Below, piece after piece: positions 12,131 through 24,807 of a stretch of DNA of 43,684 nucleotides (position 1 is the stretch's first letter; each line of letters opens with the position of its first letter). The DNA comes from Candidatus Saccharimonadota bacterium (GTDB lineage Bacteria; Patescibacteriota; Saccharimonadia; Saccharimonadales; JAXHNE01), in the NCBI GenBank assembly GCA_034520885.1, contig JAXHNE010000001.1, forward strand, positions 1 through 43,684. Reading direction: 5' to 3'. Both the position numbers and the translations under genes were made by a program. The notes under the pieces are model-generated. The model was not told where the DNA came from. It saw nothing but the letters and a program-made list of their open reading frames with translations, and searched no databases.

Positions 12131-12650
12131 TTGTCGCGAAAAAATACAAAGTTACTTAAAAGTGCCGAGAAAACGATACGACGGGTGCAGAAACACCCTG
12201 GCGATGGAATCGGTGGCAGCGTCCGTGTTGCGTTATGAGCGACTGTTTTCTCACATCAGTGAGGGCATGGACAATCAACGAATGGCATGGCAACTGAAAA
12301 GTTGAAATAAACACCAACGCCCACCAACGCCGCCAAAGCCATCAACCCCCTCAGGAAGTAACTTCTGTTACAGGGAAGTAAAATACACTCGCGTCAGTGA
12401 ATTAACGGGAACTCCCGAGTTCCAATGGGGGAGTTCAGATGGAGTACGGGTATTATTCCTTTGGTTTTTAGCGGAAAACGGCGGTGAAGTCGAGTGCTTA
12501 CGCTTGCTTATTATTCAGGCTTTGGGAAAATATAGCTTTTGAAAGACGGATATTACAATCTCCATGACCAGAAGAAAAGTGACTAACCGCTTACGCTTGC
12601 AGTTTTTGGGTGGTAAGCGTAGGATTTTTATAAATTAATGGAGGTTTACG

Positions 12651-12863
12651 GTGATTGACATTTTACCACCAAGGAAAACGCAAGGTGTAGGAAATATGTT
12701 ACGCGACGGAGCACTAGCACTTGCTGCAGGGGTGGTGTTATTTGTTGCGCACGAAATTGTTGAATCCGCCTACGAAGCGCCTGCGGCCAATGAGGTGGCG
12801 GAATTGGTGTATCAAAAAGTTGATGACTTTGCTATGCGAAACGCAACGATACGCTTGAAATAG
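12651..12863 (+). CDS. Small hypothetical membrane-anchored protein
   Basis: GGAGG SD before GTG; hydrophobic stretch ALALAAGVVLFVA. Confidence 0.45.
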   Translation: MIDILPPRKTQGVGNMLRDGALALAAGVVLFVAHEIVESAYEAPAANEVAELVYQKVDDFAMRNATIRLK

Positions 12864-12962
12864 GAGCATACACGTTTTCAATTCTTTGGCCTGAGCGTTG
12901 GCTCGATTGGCTTTGTGGAGGTATAAGCAAAACGCCCAAACAGACTTAAAGAGGGGTGAGTT

Positions 12963-13379
12963 ATGAGGCCAGGTAGAGTATTGCAAACAAAAAGTGAATA
13001 CGACCATGCATTCGCAGTCACATTTAATCAATTTGCAGCTACGAAGCGTGAATACGACGATAATGTCGCAGTCGACAAACTTAGAGATCCTTCGTATGTT
13101 GAACCGCATCTTCTCAGGCTTGAAGATATCGATCTGGATGTCCCGTATGACCTACAACCTGAGCGTATGGCAAGGAGCGCACTGGCGCTGTATATCCATC
13201 GTGAGAAGATCAATGACGCCGTAAAAGACTCTGAAGCTGTTGAAAATGCGTGGTCCCAGGCAGTTTGTGAGCGAGAAGCAGAATTTGCAGGTGCGAAAGT
13301 GCGAATCAGTTGCCTAGATGGCTCCCCGTTTGATCAGGAGCTTCAAAACGAAATCCGGTGGGCGATCATAGAGGTTTAA
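12963..13379 (+). CDS. Hypothetical protein (may continue to 13543 through a frameshift)
   Basis: 138-aa ORF with GAGGGGTG SD. Confidence 0.5.
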   Translation: MRPGRVLQTKSEYDHAFAVTFNQFAATKREYDDNVAVDKLRDPSYVEPHLLRLEDIDLDVPYDLQPERMARSALALYIHREKINDAVKDSEAVENAWSQAVCEREAEFAGAKVRISCLDGSPFDQELQNEIRWAIIEV

Positions 13380-13631
13380 GCCAGTGGCACGATGAAATTA
13401 CTGGGCGAATAAAGCGAGTGTCTTTTGGATTGCGGTCTGGGGGCTCTATTGTAGTCGAGAAAGCTTTGAGTAGAAAAGAATATAGAGCAGCTCCGCTTGT
13501 GGGTAATGATTATGCACCAAACTATAAAGTGGACTTTTTATAAAGTAAGCTATAAGGAAAAGTTTGATGAGCGAGAAAACAGCGTAGTGCTTTTGCTTGC
13601 GATCTGTATGACGCGGGGATAATTAAAACAA

Positions 13632-14015
13632 ATGGCTGAAAAGTTACCTGCAGAATATACAGAGAACCTCAAGACTGATGTTTGATTCCAAATACTCGTT
13701 GGGGCTTGCGGGAATTTTTGGCGTGGGCTGTGTGGCGAGCGGAAGTAGCCGACATTGATTCTGTCGAAGACGAGGGGTTTATCGAAAAGTATGCAGATGA
13801 TATTTCTAAATCAGGGGTGTTTGCCTGGGTCACACAGCAGAACGGCGCATTCGGCTGTCGTGCGGCCTGCAGGACCGACGAAAGGTGGTGGTACAGAGAA
13901 GCTCAGAAGAAAGAGCAGCTACTTGAAGCCTTGCCAAAGTTTGAAGCATCACCCCGTTTCTTGGATAAGACCCTACGGCAATAAAATTAAACAATACGAG
14001 CACGAAGCATATTGA
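13632..14015 (+). CDS. Hypothetical protein, frameshifted
   Basis: ATG 13632 after GATAAT; core is ORF 13682..13984. Confidence 0.35.
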
Positions 14016-14532
14016 TACAGCCCCAGCTGATGAATCTCGAAATCAGAGAATTCAGAAACAAAACTGTTCGCGGCAACTGTTCTGCAAAGAATACGTTCGG
14101 CGATTTGTTTTCAGGCAGTCGCAAATCCGAACTTAGTCAAGTTTCAGTTTTTTCCGAAAATTTGGATGCATTGATTAATGATCCAAGTGAGTCAGCATGC
14201 GGTGGTGTATCACGATCCAGAAGGCCGCGGGATGCAGGCCGAGTTTGGCGTTCCAACCAACATCGCTTTGGTTGGAATGTTTGCGCGACGACGCACTGCC
14301 GGTACAAGAAGGCGAACAATCTTGGACAAGCTACTTGGTCGACAGATCCTTGCGTGCAGAGGACGCCGTATGATGGCTGAGCAGATACCCAAAAAGTCAC
14401 AGAGGCCTCCGAGAGCGTTTGTTTCATGCAGGGCTTAAGTATGGGGCGATTGGTGTGGCTTCCGTTGCGCTGTTTTTCGGTGTAAACGGATTGATTGATG
14501 AACCAGTAGGAAGATCCAACAGCGTTTGAGGG

Positions 14533-14832
14533 ATGCACGACGAGATATTTTTGGTACCTGGACTCGTGGGTTCTCCTGATTGCAGCAAATCGCTTCCAGA
14601 ATGGGCTCGCGACGAGCGACAACGAAATAAACTATTACAGACATCGCAAGAAAAGGCTGAATTATTTGCTGGTATGCCTGAATTTGATGATCACCAACTT
14701 CAAGCCCAATTACGAGGAAGATTAAAGCATCTTGAGCAAAAAGCGCTTGAAAATACTAAGAACGCAAAGCTACATAGGAATTTTGAGCATACACAGTCGC
14801 TATATGTACCGACACACCTGAGCAAACACTAA
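14533..14832 (+). CDS. Hypothetical protein (possibly the 3' part of a longer broken ORF)
   Basis: 99-aa ORF. Confidence 0.35.
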   Translation: MHDEIFLVPGLVGSPDCSKSLPEWARDERQRNKLLQTSQEKAELFAGMPEFDDHQLQAQLRGRLKHLEQKALENTKNAKLHRNFEHTQSLYVPTHLSKH

Positions 14833-15241
14833 AAGCGCCACGGTGAATATGGCATAGTGACGCTCCATGCATTTAAAGAAGACATTGACTCGTTCGTAAA
14901 AAGCATAACAAAGAGACCCAAAAAATGAGCGAGCAGAGATACTTTATGTGGGAGGTTTTCTGGATGAGGTTTTGCAGGGCCAAAATAAAGAGCAGAAGTG
15001 GACGGAATACCTTTTTGAGCGAGTACACGAGAGCCATAAACAAAATTCTTGACACTTTAACGTCCTTGGTGCAGGATGGTCTATCAAGAAGTAGTGTACC
15101 TGGGAGTATTTTGTGGTGATCAGGCAAAATACGAAACACACCCAGCGTAGTTTTCTTCGGGCGAAACAGAGTCCTTTTTTGATATTGTGGCTCGACCAAA
15201 CACCAACAGTCACCAATTATTAACGTGGGAGCATTATTTTT

Positions 15242-18815
<3,574 letters not shown>

Positions 18816-18819
<4 letters not shown>

Positions 18820-18920
18820 AAGAGCTAGAAGCCAAAAGCTTAAAGCTTAGAGAAGAGCGGATAAGTGCTTACGGCTCTCAGCTTACGGCTGTCAGCTTGA
18901 GCGAAAGGAGTGAGCGATGA
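18816..18920 (+). other. Heptamer-hairpin spacer / coupled mini-ORF (34 aa, [34 protein letters not shown])
   Basis: ATGA overlap with the rpoB stop and with the rpoC start. Arms of period 7 built on AGCY and RGCT. Confidence 0.75.
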
Positions 18921-21900
18921 GGCGATACACATCAGGAACCGATATTGCGATGTTCGATGCCGTGCGACTGGCAGTGGCAAGTGCCGAAGACATTATGGAC
19001 TGGAGCCACGGCGAGGTCACCAAACCGGAAACCATTAACTACCGGACGCAAAAACCCGAACGCGACGGACTTTTCTGTGAACGCATTTTCGGGCCGGTCA
19101 AAGACATTAACCCGCATGATGCCAAGTACAAGGGCGTTCGTTCCCGCGAAGCCGCGGTGGACAAAAACGGCGAAATCGTTACCAAGGCCATTGTGCGGCG
19201 CGAACGCATGGGGCACATTCAGCTGGCCGCTCCGGTAGCGCATATTTGGTTTTTGCGTGGCACGCCGAGTGCCATTGGCTTGCTTTTGGGCATGACCGTT
19301 AAGAACTTGGAGCGCGTGGCGTACTTTGCCAGCTATATCGTCAAAAGCGTTGACGAAGAAAAGCGCGACCAACTATTCGCGGACAAGGAAGCGGAGTTTA
19401 CGGCGGCCAAAGAGGCCATCAAAGCCCGCTATGAAAAAGAGGCCAATTCGCCGGACGGCGAAGAAAATGCCAACGTTAAGGCGCTGGCCGAAATGCAAAG
19501 CAAAGAGCTGGACGAGCTCAACAAAGAGTTCGAACAGCTCAAGAACCAGTTCGACAAACTAAAACCGTGCGCTTTGATTAGCGAGAGCGATTATCGGGAG
19601 CTGCCCGACAACTTGGCCGAGTTAATAGAAGTCGGCATGGGCGGCGCGGCTTTGAAAGATTTGTTGGATGAGGTCAATCTGGAAGACGTGATTGCCAAAC
19701 TTAATGCCGAAGCCGAAGAAACCAAAGGGCAACGGCGCAAAAAGATTATGAAACGTTTGCGTTTGCTGGAGAACATGCACAAAGCCGGCATTCAACCCAG
19801 TAGCATGTGCGTATCCGCTTTGCCTGTAATCCCGCCGGATCTGCGACCCATGGTGCAATTGACCGGCGGTCGGTTCGCTACCAGCGATATGAACGATTTG
19901 TATCGCCGGGTGATCAACCGTAACAATCGCTTAAAGAAGTTGATTGACCTGAACGCTCCGGAAGTGATTCGCCGCAACGAACAACGCATGTTGCAAGAGG
20001 CGGTGGACGCTTTGATCGATAACAACAGTGCCCGCAGCGGGCGTGCCGTGGCCGCGACCGGACAACGACGGCGCCTGAAGAGCCTGAGCGACCTGCTGAA
20101 AGGCAAACAAGGACGATTCCGCCAGAACCTACTTGGAAAGCGCGTGGACTACTCCGGTCGTTCGGTGATCGTTGCCGGGCCGGAATTGGCAATCGATGAA
20201 TGCGGTATTCCCAAGATGATGGCCCTGGAATTGTTTAAGCCGTTCGTGATCGGTCGTTTGATCGCCAACGAACAGGCGCACAACATTCGCAGCGCGACGC
20301 GCATGATCGAGCTCGGGGAAACCGCCGTATGGGACGCGTTGGACGAAGTCATCAAAGGCAAATACGTGCTACTTAACCGGGCACCGACGCTGCACCGCTT
20401 GGGTATCCTTGCCTTCCAACCGAAGTTGATCGAAGGTAAGGCCATTCAGCTTCACCCGCTGGTCTGTAAAGGCTTTAACGCCGACTTTGACGGCGACCAA
20501 ATGGCCGTGCACTTGCCGCTTTCCGATGAAGCGCAAGCCGAAGCCCGGGAAATCATGGCCGCCAACAAGAACTTGCTGAAACCCGCTGACGGATCACCAA
20601 CGCTGCATATCGAACAAGATATCGTACTGGGTTGTTACTACTTAACGTACGACCGTAAGCAAACTGGCAAAGTAACCCACTACGCCGGGCTGGACGAAGC
20701 GGTTATGGCTCACGATAATGGCGCCATTACCCTGCAATCACGTATCGTGATCGTGTTCAGGGGTGAACGCCGCGAAACGACGCTCGGCCGCGTGCTATTC
20801 AACGAAATATTCCCCGACGACTTCCCGTTCCAGGACGAGCCGATGACCAAGAAGAAGCTTTCCAACGTCATGGCCTTGGTGTATCAAAAGTACGGACAAG
20901 AAGTGACCGCCAGAATTGCCGACGACCTCAAGGACGTCGGGTTCTTTTACGCCACCAAGTCCGGACTCTCCATGGGTATGGACGACTTTAGGGATATCGA
21001 AGGCCTGCAAGGGATCCTGGACAAAGGTGAGGAAAACGTCGGTGAAATTAGCGAGCAATACGAACAAGGCTTCATTACCGACGAAGAACGTCACCGCTTG
21101 ATCGTGGACGCCTGGCGCAAAGTGGACAACGAAGTTCAAGACGTCTTGTCCGATCAGTTTTCCAAGGAAGACAGCGCTATGTCCACCGCCGTGGTCTCCG
21201 GTGCCCGTGGTAATATCGGCCAGGTAAAAACCGCCGTGGGAATGTTCGGCCCCGTAGCCGACGCTACCGGCAAAACTATTGAGTTGCCGATTAAGTCCAA
21301 CTACAAGAAGGGCTTTAGCGCGCTGGAATACTTTACCGCCACGCGCGGCGCGCGTAAGGGCATGATTGACACTGCCCTGAAAACCGCCGACTCCGGGTAT
21401 TTGACCCGCCGGTTAGTGGACGTGTCGCAAGACGTGTTTACCATTGATGACGGCTCCGAAGATCCCGGGTTCCCGATTCACCGCAGCGAATCCGAGGATA
21501 TTGGCGTGCCGCTGTCCATGCGAATTTCCGGACGGTTCGCCGCCGAAGACGTAAAAGGCCACGTAAAGAAGGGCGAACTGATTACCGCCGACATCGCGGA
21601 CGCGATAGAAGCCGATGACAAGGTCGACGTGGTGCGCATCATGAGCGTACTGAGTTGCACCGACGTTCGCGGCGTATCGCGCAAATCCTACGGACTGGAT
21701 CCGGCAACCGGGGAACTGGTGGCCAACGCGCACCCCATTGGCGTTATCGCCGCGCAATCCATCGGTGAGCCGGGTACGCAGTTGACGCTCCGCACCTTCC
21801 ACTCCGGTGGTGTGGCCGGTGATGACATCACCACCGGTTTGCCGCGTGTCGAAGAGCTTTTCGAAGTACGCACGCCGAAAGGACAAGCCTACCTGTCAGA

Positions 21901-22774
21901 AATTGCCGGTAAGGTAAGTACCTGGGAAGACGGCGATCGTTTCGTGGTGCAAGTTGCCGCCAAAGACGCCGAAACCGCCGAACTCAAACTGGAGAAACGC
22001 GAACCGAAAATCGCCGAAGGCAGCGAAGTCGCCCAAGGCGACGTGATCGCCACCGGTGAAAACGACGCGAAACCACTCGTCGCCCCGATCGCCGGAAAAG
22101 TACACTTTACGAAAACCAAGGCGACGATCAGTCCGCTCGGCAGGTCACTCGTGAAGTACGAAATTCCCGGCTTTAAACAATTGGCGGTAAAAGACGGCGA
22201 CGAAGTCGTAGCCGGAGATCGATTGACCAGCGGGTCTATCAATCTGCACGAATTGATGAAGCTCAAGGGCGTGGAAGCCACGCAGCGCTACATCATGAAC
22301 GAAGTGCTTCGTATCTTCGCTTCGCAAGGACAGAACATTTCGGACAAGCACATGGAAATCATCGTGCGCCAGATGTTCTCACGCGTACAAATCGAGGATG
22401 CCGGTGATACGGAATTCGTGACCGGCGATATCGTTAGCAAGCTTGCCGCGGTAGAAGCCAACGAAAAACTGCTTGCCGAAGGCAAAGAGCCGGCTCAGTT
22501 CAGCCAGCTGCTACTGGGCATCACCAAAGCTAGCCTGTCGACCGATTCGTTCCTGAGTGCCGCGAGCTTCCAAGACACCACCCGCGTGTTGATCGGTGCC
22601 GCCACCAGCGGAAGAATCGATCACCTTTACGGATTGAAAGAAAACGTCATTCTGGGACGCCGTATCCCCGTGGGAACCGGCGTGTTGGGCGACGAAGACA
22701 AAGACGGATTTACGGATGTAAATTCCCTGACCGTGAAATCGGGATCCGACGACACCGAAGTTGCACAACTTTAA
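18917..22774 (+). CDS. rpoC: RNA polymerase beta' subunit
   Basis: Intact 1285-aa ORF with the NADFDGD catalytic motif and GEPGTQLT trigger loop. Confidence 0.99.
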   Translation: MRRYTSGTDIAMFDAVRLAVASAEDIMDWSHGEVTKPETINYRTQKPERDGLFCERIFGPVKDINPHDAKYKGVRSREAAVDKNGEIVTKAIVRRERMGHIQLAAPVAHIWFLRGTPSAIGLLLGMTVKNLERVAYFASYIVKSVDEEKRDQLFADKEAEFTAAKEAIKARYEKEANSPDGEENANVKALAEMQSKELDELNKEFEQLKNQFDKLKPCALISESDYRELPDNLAELIEVGMGGAALKDLLDEVNLEDVIAKLNAEAEETKGQRRKKIMKRLRLLENMHKAGIQPSSMCVSALPVIPPDLRPMVQLTGGRFATSDMNDLYRRVINRNNRLKKLIDLNAPEVIRRNEQRMLQEAVDALIDNNSARSGRAVAATGQRRRLKSLSDLLKGKQGRFRQNLLGKRVDYSGRSVIVAGPELAIDECGIPKMMALELFKPFVIGRLIANEQAHNIRSATRMIELGETAVWDALDEVIKGKYVLLNRAPTLHRLGILAFQPKLIEGKAIQLHPLVCKGFNADFDGDQMAVHLPLSDEAQAEAREIMAANKNLLKPADGSPTLHIEQDIVLGCYYLTYDRKQTGKVTHYAGLDEAVMAHDNGAITLQSRIVIVFRGERRETTLGRVLFNEIFPDDFPFQDEPMTKKKLSNVMALVYQKYGQEVTARIADDLKDVGFFYATKSGLSMGMDDFRDIEGLQGILDKGEENVGEISEQYEQGFITDEERHRLIVDAWRKVDNEVQDVLSDQFSKEDSAMSTAVVSGARGNIGQVKTAVGMFGPVADATGKTIELPIKSNYKKGFSALEYFTATRGARKGMIDTALKTADSGYLTRRLVDVSQDVFTIDDGSEDPGFPIHRSESEDIGVPLSMRISGRFAAEDVKGHVKKGELITADIADAIEADDKVDVVRIMSVLSCTDVRGVSRKSYGLDPATGELVANAHPIGVIAAQSIGEPGTQLTLRTFHSGGVAGDDITTGLPRVEELFEVRTPKGQAYLSEIAGKVSTWEDGDRFVVQVAAKDAETAELKLEKREPKIAEGSEVAQGDVIATGENDAKPLVAPIAGKVHFTKTKATISPLGRSLVKYEIPGFKQLAVKDGDEVVAGDRLTSGSINLHELMKLKGVEATQRYIMNEVLRIFASQGQNISDKHMEIIVRQMFSRVQIEDAGDTEFVTGDIVSKLAAVEANEKLLAEGKEPAQFSQLLLGITKASLSTDSFLSAASFQDTTRVLIGAATSGRIDHLYGLKENVILGRRIPVGTGVLGDEDKDGFTDVNSLTVKSGSDDTEVAQL

Positions 22775-22894
22775 ATAATCTGTTAGGGTTTACGAGTCAA
22801 CAATATTAATCCGAGCTGCAGTAAAGGCAATGCTGTACCGCGGTAGATTAACCCGCATAATTTTACAAAATTTTGGCGGGCAAAGGAGTTACTA

Positions 22895-23302
22895 ATGCCA
22901 ACTATTAATCAGCTGGTGCGCAAGCCCAGAAAGAGTACCAAGAAGGGAAGTAAATCCCCGGCTCTGCATAAGGTTGTCAACAGCCTGAAAAATACCAACT
23001 ACGAGAAAACCTCGCCATTAAAGCGTGGGGTGTGCGTAAAGGTCACTACCAAAACGCCCAAGAAACCGAACTCCGCCCTGCGGAAGGTCGCTCGCGTGCG
23101 CTTACAAAACGGCCACGAGGTGTGGGCATACATTGGCGGAGAAGGCCATAACTTGCAAGAACACGCCGTGGTAACCATTCGTGGTGGCCGCGTAAAAGAC
23201 TTGCCGGGTGTGCGCTACCACGTGGTACGCGGCACCGGTGACTTGCAAGGTGTCCAAGGGCGCAAACAAGGCCGCTCTAAATACGGAACCAAGAAGGGGT
23301 AG
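22895..23302 (+). CDS. rpsL: 30S ribosomal protein S12
   Basis: [32 protein letters not shown]. Confidence 0.99.
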   Translation: MPTINQLVRKPRKSTKKGSKSPALHKVVNSLKNTNYEKTSPLKRGVCVKVTTKTPKKPNSALRKVARVRLQNGHEVWAYIGGEGHNLQEHAVVTIRGGRVKDLPGVRYHVVRGTGDLQGVQGRKQGRSKYGTKKG

Positions 23303-23307
23303 CTAGA

Positions 23308-23460
23308 ATGGATAAAGAACAGTTTTACCCGAGCACTCAACGCCCCTGGGAAGAAGTGAATCAAAAACCCTTTCCAAACAATGGTGAAATCGAAGACGAC
23401 CCTAAGGTATTAGAAGCCTTTTACCGAGAGCAACAAGGAGACCAGACAGATGAGCAATGA
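23308..23460 (+). CDS. Orphan 50-aa ORF between rpsL and rpsG
   Basis: Translated by hand as MDKEQFYPSTQRPWEE...GDQTDEQ*; starts 5 nt after the rpsL stop. Confidence 0.55.
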   Translation: MDKEQFYPSTQRPWEEVNQKPFPNNGEIEDDPKVLEAFYREQQGDQTDEQ

Positions 23461-23527
23461 GCAAAGAGCAAAGAGCAATGAGCTTCGTGCGTTTTTCACG
23501 ATTCAGCGACTAAAAGGAGCACTGTAA
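23450..23527 (+). other. Heptamer spacer / coupled mini-ORF (25 aa, MSNEQRAKSNELRAFFTIQRLKGAL)
   Basis: GAGCAA(T/A) x4, CAGCGACTAAAAGGAG end block, TAATG overlap with rpsG. Confidence 0.75.
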
Positions 23528-24006
23528 TGCCACGACATAAAACCAAATCATTAGTACGAACCCCCAATCCCGACCGATTGTACAACAGTGTTATGGTGCA
23601 GCGCGTGATTAACCGCGTGATGTTAAACGGCAAAAAGCAGCTGGCCGAGCGCCTGGTGTACACCGGCATGCAAAAAGCGGCCGATGAACTGAAAGTCCAA
23701 AACCCGCTGGAGGTTTTTGAAAAGGCCTTCGCTAATATTAAGCCCAGCCTGGAAACCCGTTCCCGCCGCGTTGGCGGTGCTAACTACCAAATTCCGTTCG
23801 AGGTGAAAGGCCAACGCCAAAACCACTTAACGGTCATGTGGTTCGTCCGCGCCGCTCGTGACAAAAAAGGCATGAGCATGGCCGACCGTATCGCCCAGGA
23901 GTTGGTAGACGCCTACAACGAAACCGGCACGGCGGTGAAGAAAAAAGAAGATTCCCATAAGATGGCGGAAGCCAACCGGGCCTTCGCCCACTTCGCGAGG
24001 TACTAA
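23527..24006 (+). CDS. rpsG: 30S ribosomal protein S7
   Basis: SRRVGGANYQIP, HKMAEANRAFAHF. Confidence 0.99.
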   Translation: MPRHKTKSLVRTPNPDRLYNSVMVQRVINRVMLNGKKQLAERLVYTGMQKAADELKVQNPLEVFEKAFANIKPSLETRSRRVGGANYQIPFEVKGQRQNHLTVMWFVRAARDKKGMSMADRIAQELVDAYNETGTAVKKKEDSHKMAEANRAFAHFARY

Positions 24007-24007
24007 A

Positions 24008-24283
24008 ATGAGTGTCCATAAAAGCGCTGAAAGGTATCTTAAATCACTGGATAGGTTTGACGCTGCAACCGAAAAATACGAACACTCAAGTGAATTGGCT
24101 GAACAAGGTCGTTTGTTAAACAAGCTAGGCGTACTTGGGAGATTCGCGACACTCCAAATTGCGGCTGTGCGTTTGCAGGCTGCTGAGGAAGGTTTTGCTA
24201 TGAGCGTAGAAGGCTTATCAGTTGCACAGCAAGTAGATGCGTTTTTGTATGAAGATCAAGCAAAAGAAATACTGGAGACATAA
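24008..24283 (+). CDS. Orphan hypothetical protein between rpsG and fusA
   Basis: 91-aa ORF starting 1 nt after the rpsG stop. Confidence 0.6.
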   Translation: MSVHKSAERYLKSLDRFDAATEKYEHSSELAEQGRLLNKLGVLGRFATLQIAAVRLQAAEEGFAMSVEGLSVAQQVDAFLYEDQAKEILET

Positions 24284-24286
24284 ATA

Positions 24287-24364
24287 ATGGCAGGAAAGAA
24301 ATATCCAGTCAAAGAAAAACCAAATTGCATCCATCCGCAAAACCCTTCGGAGCTTTCAATATGA
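24287..24364 (+). other. 25-aa mini-ORF starting with a duplicate of the fusA 5' end (MAGKKYP)
   Basis: 23-nt exact repeat, 24285-24307 = 24805-24827; its stop overlaps the next ATG. Confidence 0.75.
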
Positions 24365-24684
24365 ATACCAAGCGGCTACCGGAATTGTCAGAGGAAGCGA
24401 AAGGGTTTGTCGCCGATCGAGTGGATGAAGTGCGTAAAGACGTGTTATCGGAAGCTGACCCACGACAAATTCTCATTACGGGTGAAGAGGTTATGATCGA
24501 TGCATTGCGTCGACGGCCAAAAATGAGAGACGTACAAACCGCACCGGACTCATTCCACGACGGTATCCAAAGACTTGTCACTGTAGCCCAGCCTGAGGCG
24601 GCCTTTCAACTGGTAGGTGAAGCGGTTGAAATATCGAGAATCGTAACTCAGCAAGATAAAGCATTTGAAATAAAGGAAGTTTAA
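24361..24684 (+). CDS. Orphan hypothetical protein (107 aa)
   Basis: ATG 24361 in an ATGA overlap, within ORF 24325..24684. Confidence 0.6.
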   Translation: MNTKRLPELSEEAKGFVADRVDEVRKDVLSEADPRQILITGEEVMIDALRRRPKMRDVQTAPDSFHDGIQRLVTVAQPEAAFQLVGEAVEISRIVTQQDKAFEIKEV

Positions 24685-24807
24685 ATGGTAAATAGAGAGA
24701 ATACCCGCGCTAATGCACGAAACCATCACAATGAGTTGGCCATTGGGAATTTAATGAAAATTGCAAATTGTAAATTGAAAATTGGAGCGACCGGAAGGAG
24801 CGACTAA
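24685..24807 (+). other. Heptamer spacer / coupled mini-ORF (40 aa)
   Basis: GnAAATT x4, GCGACCGGAAGGAG end block, TAATG overlap with fusA. Confidence 0.7.
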
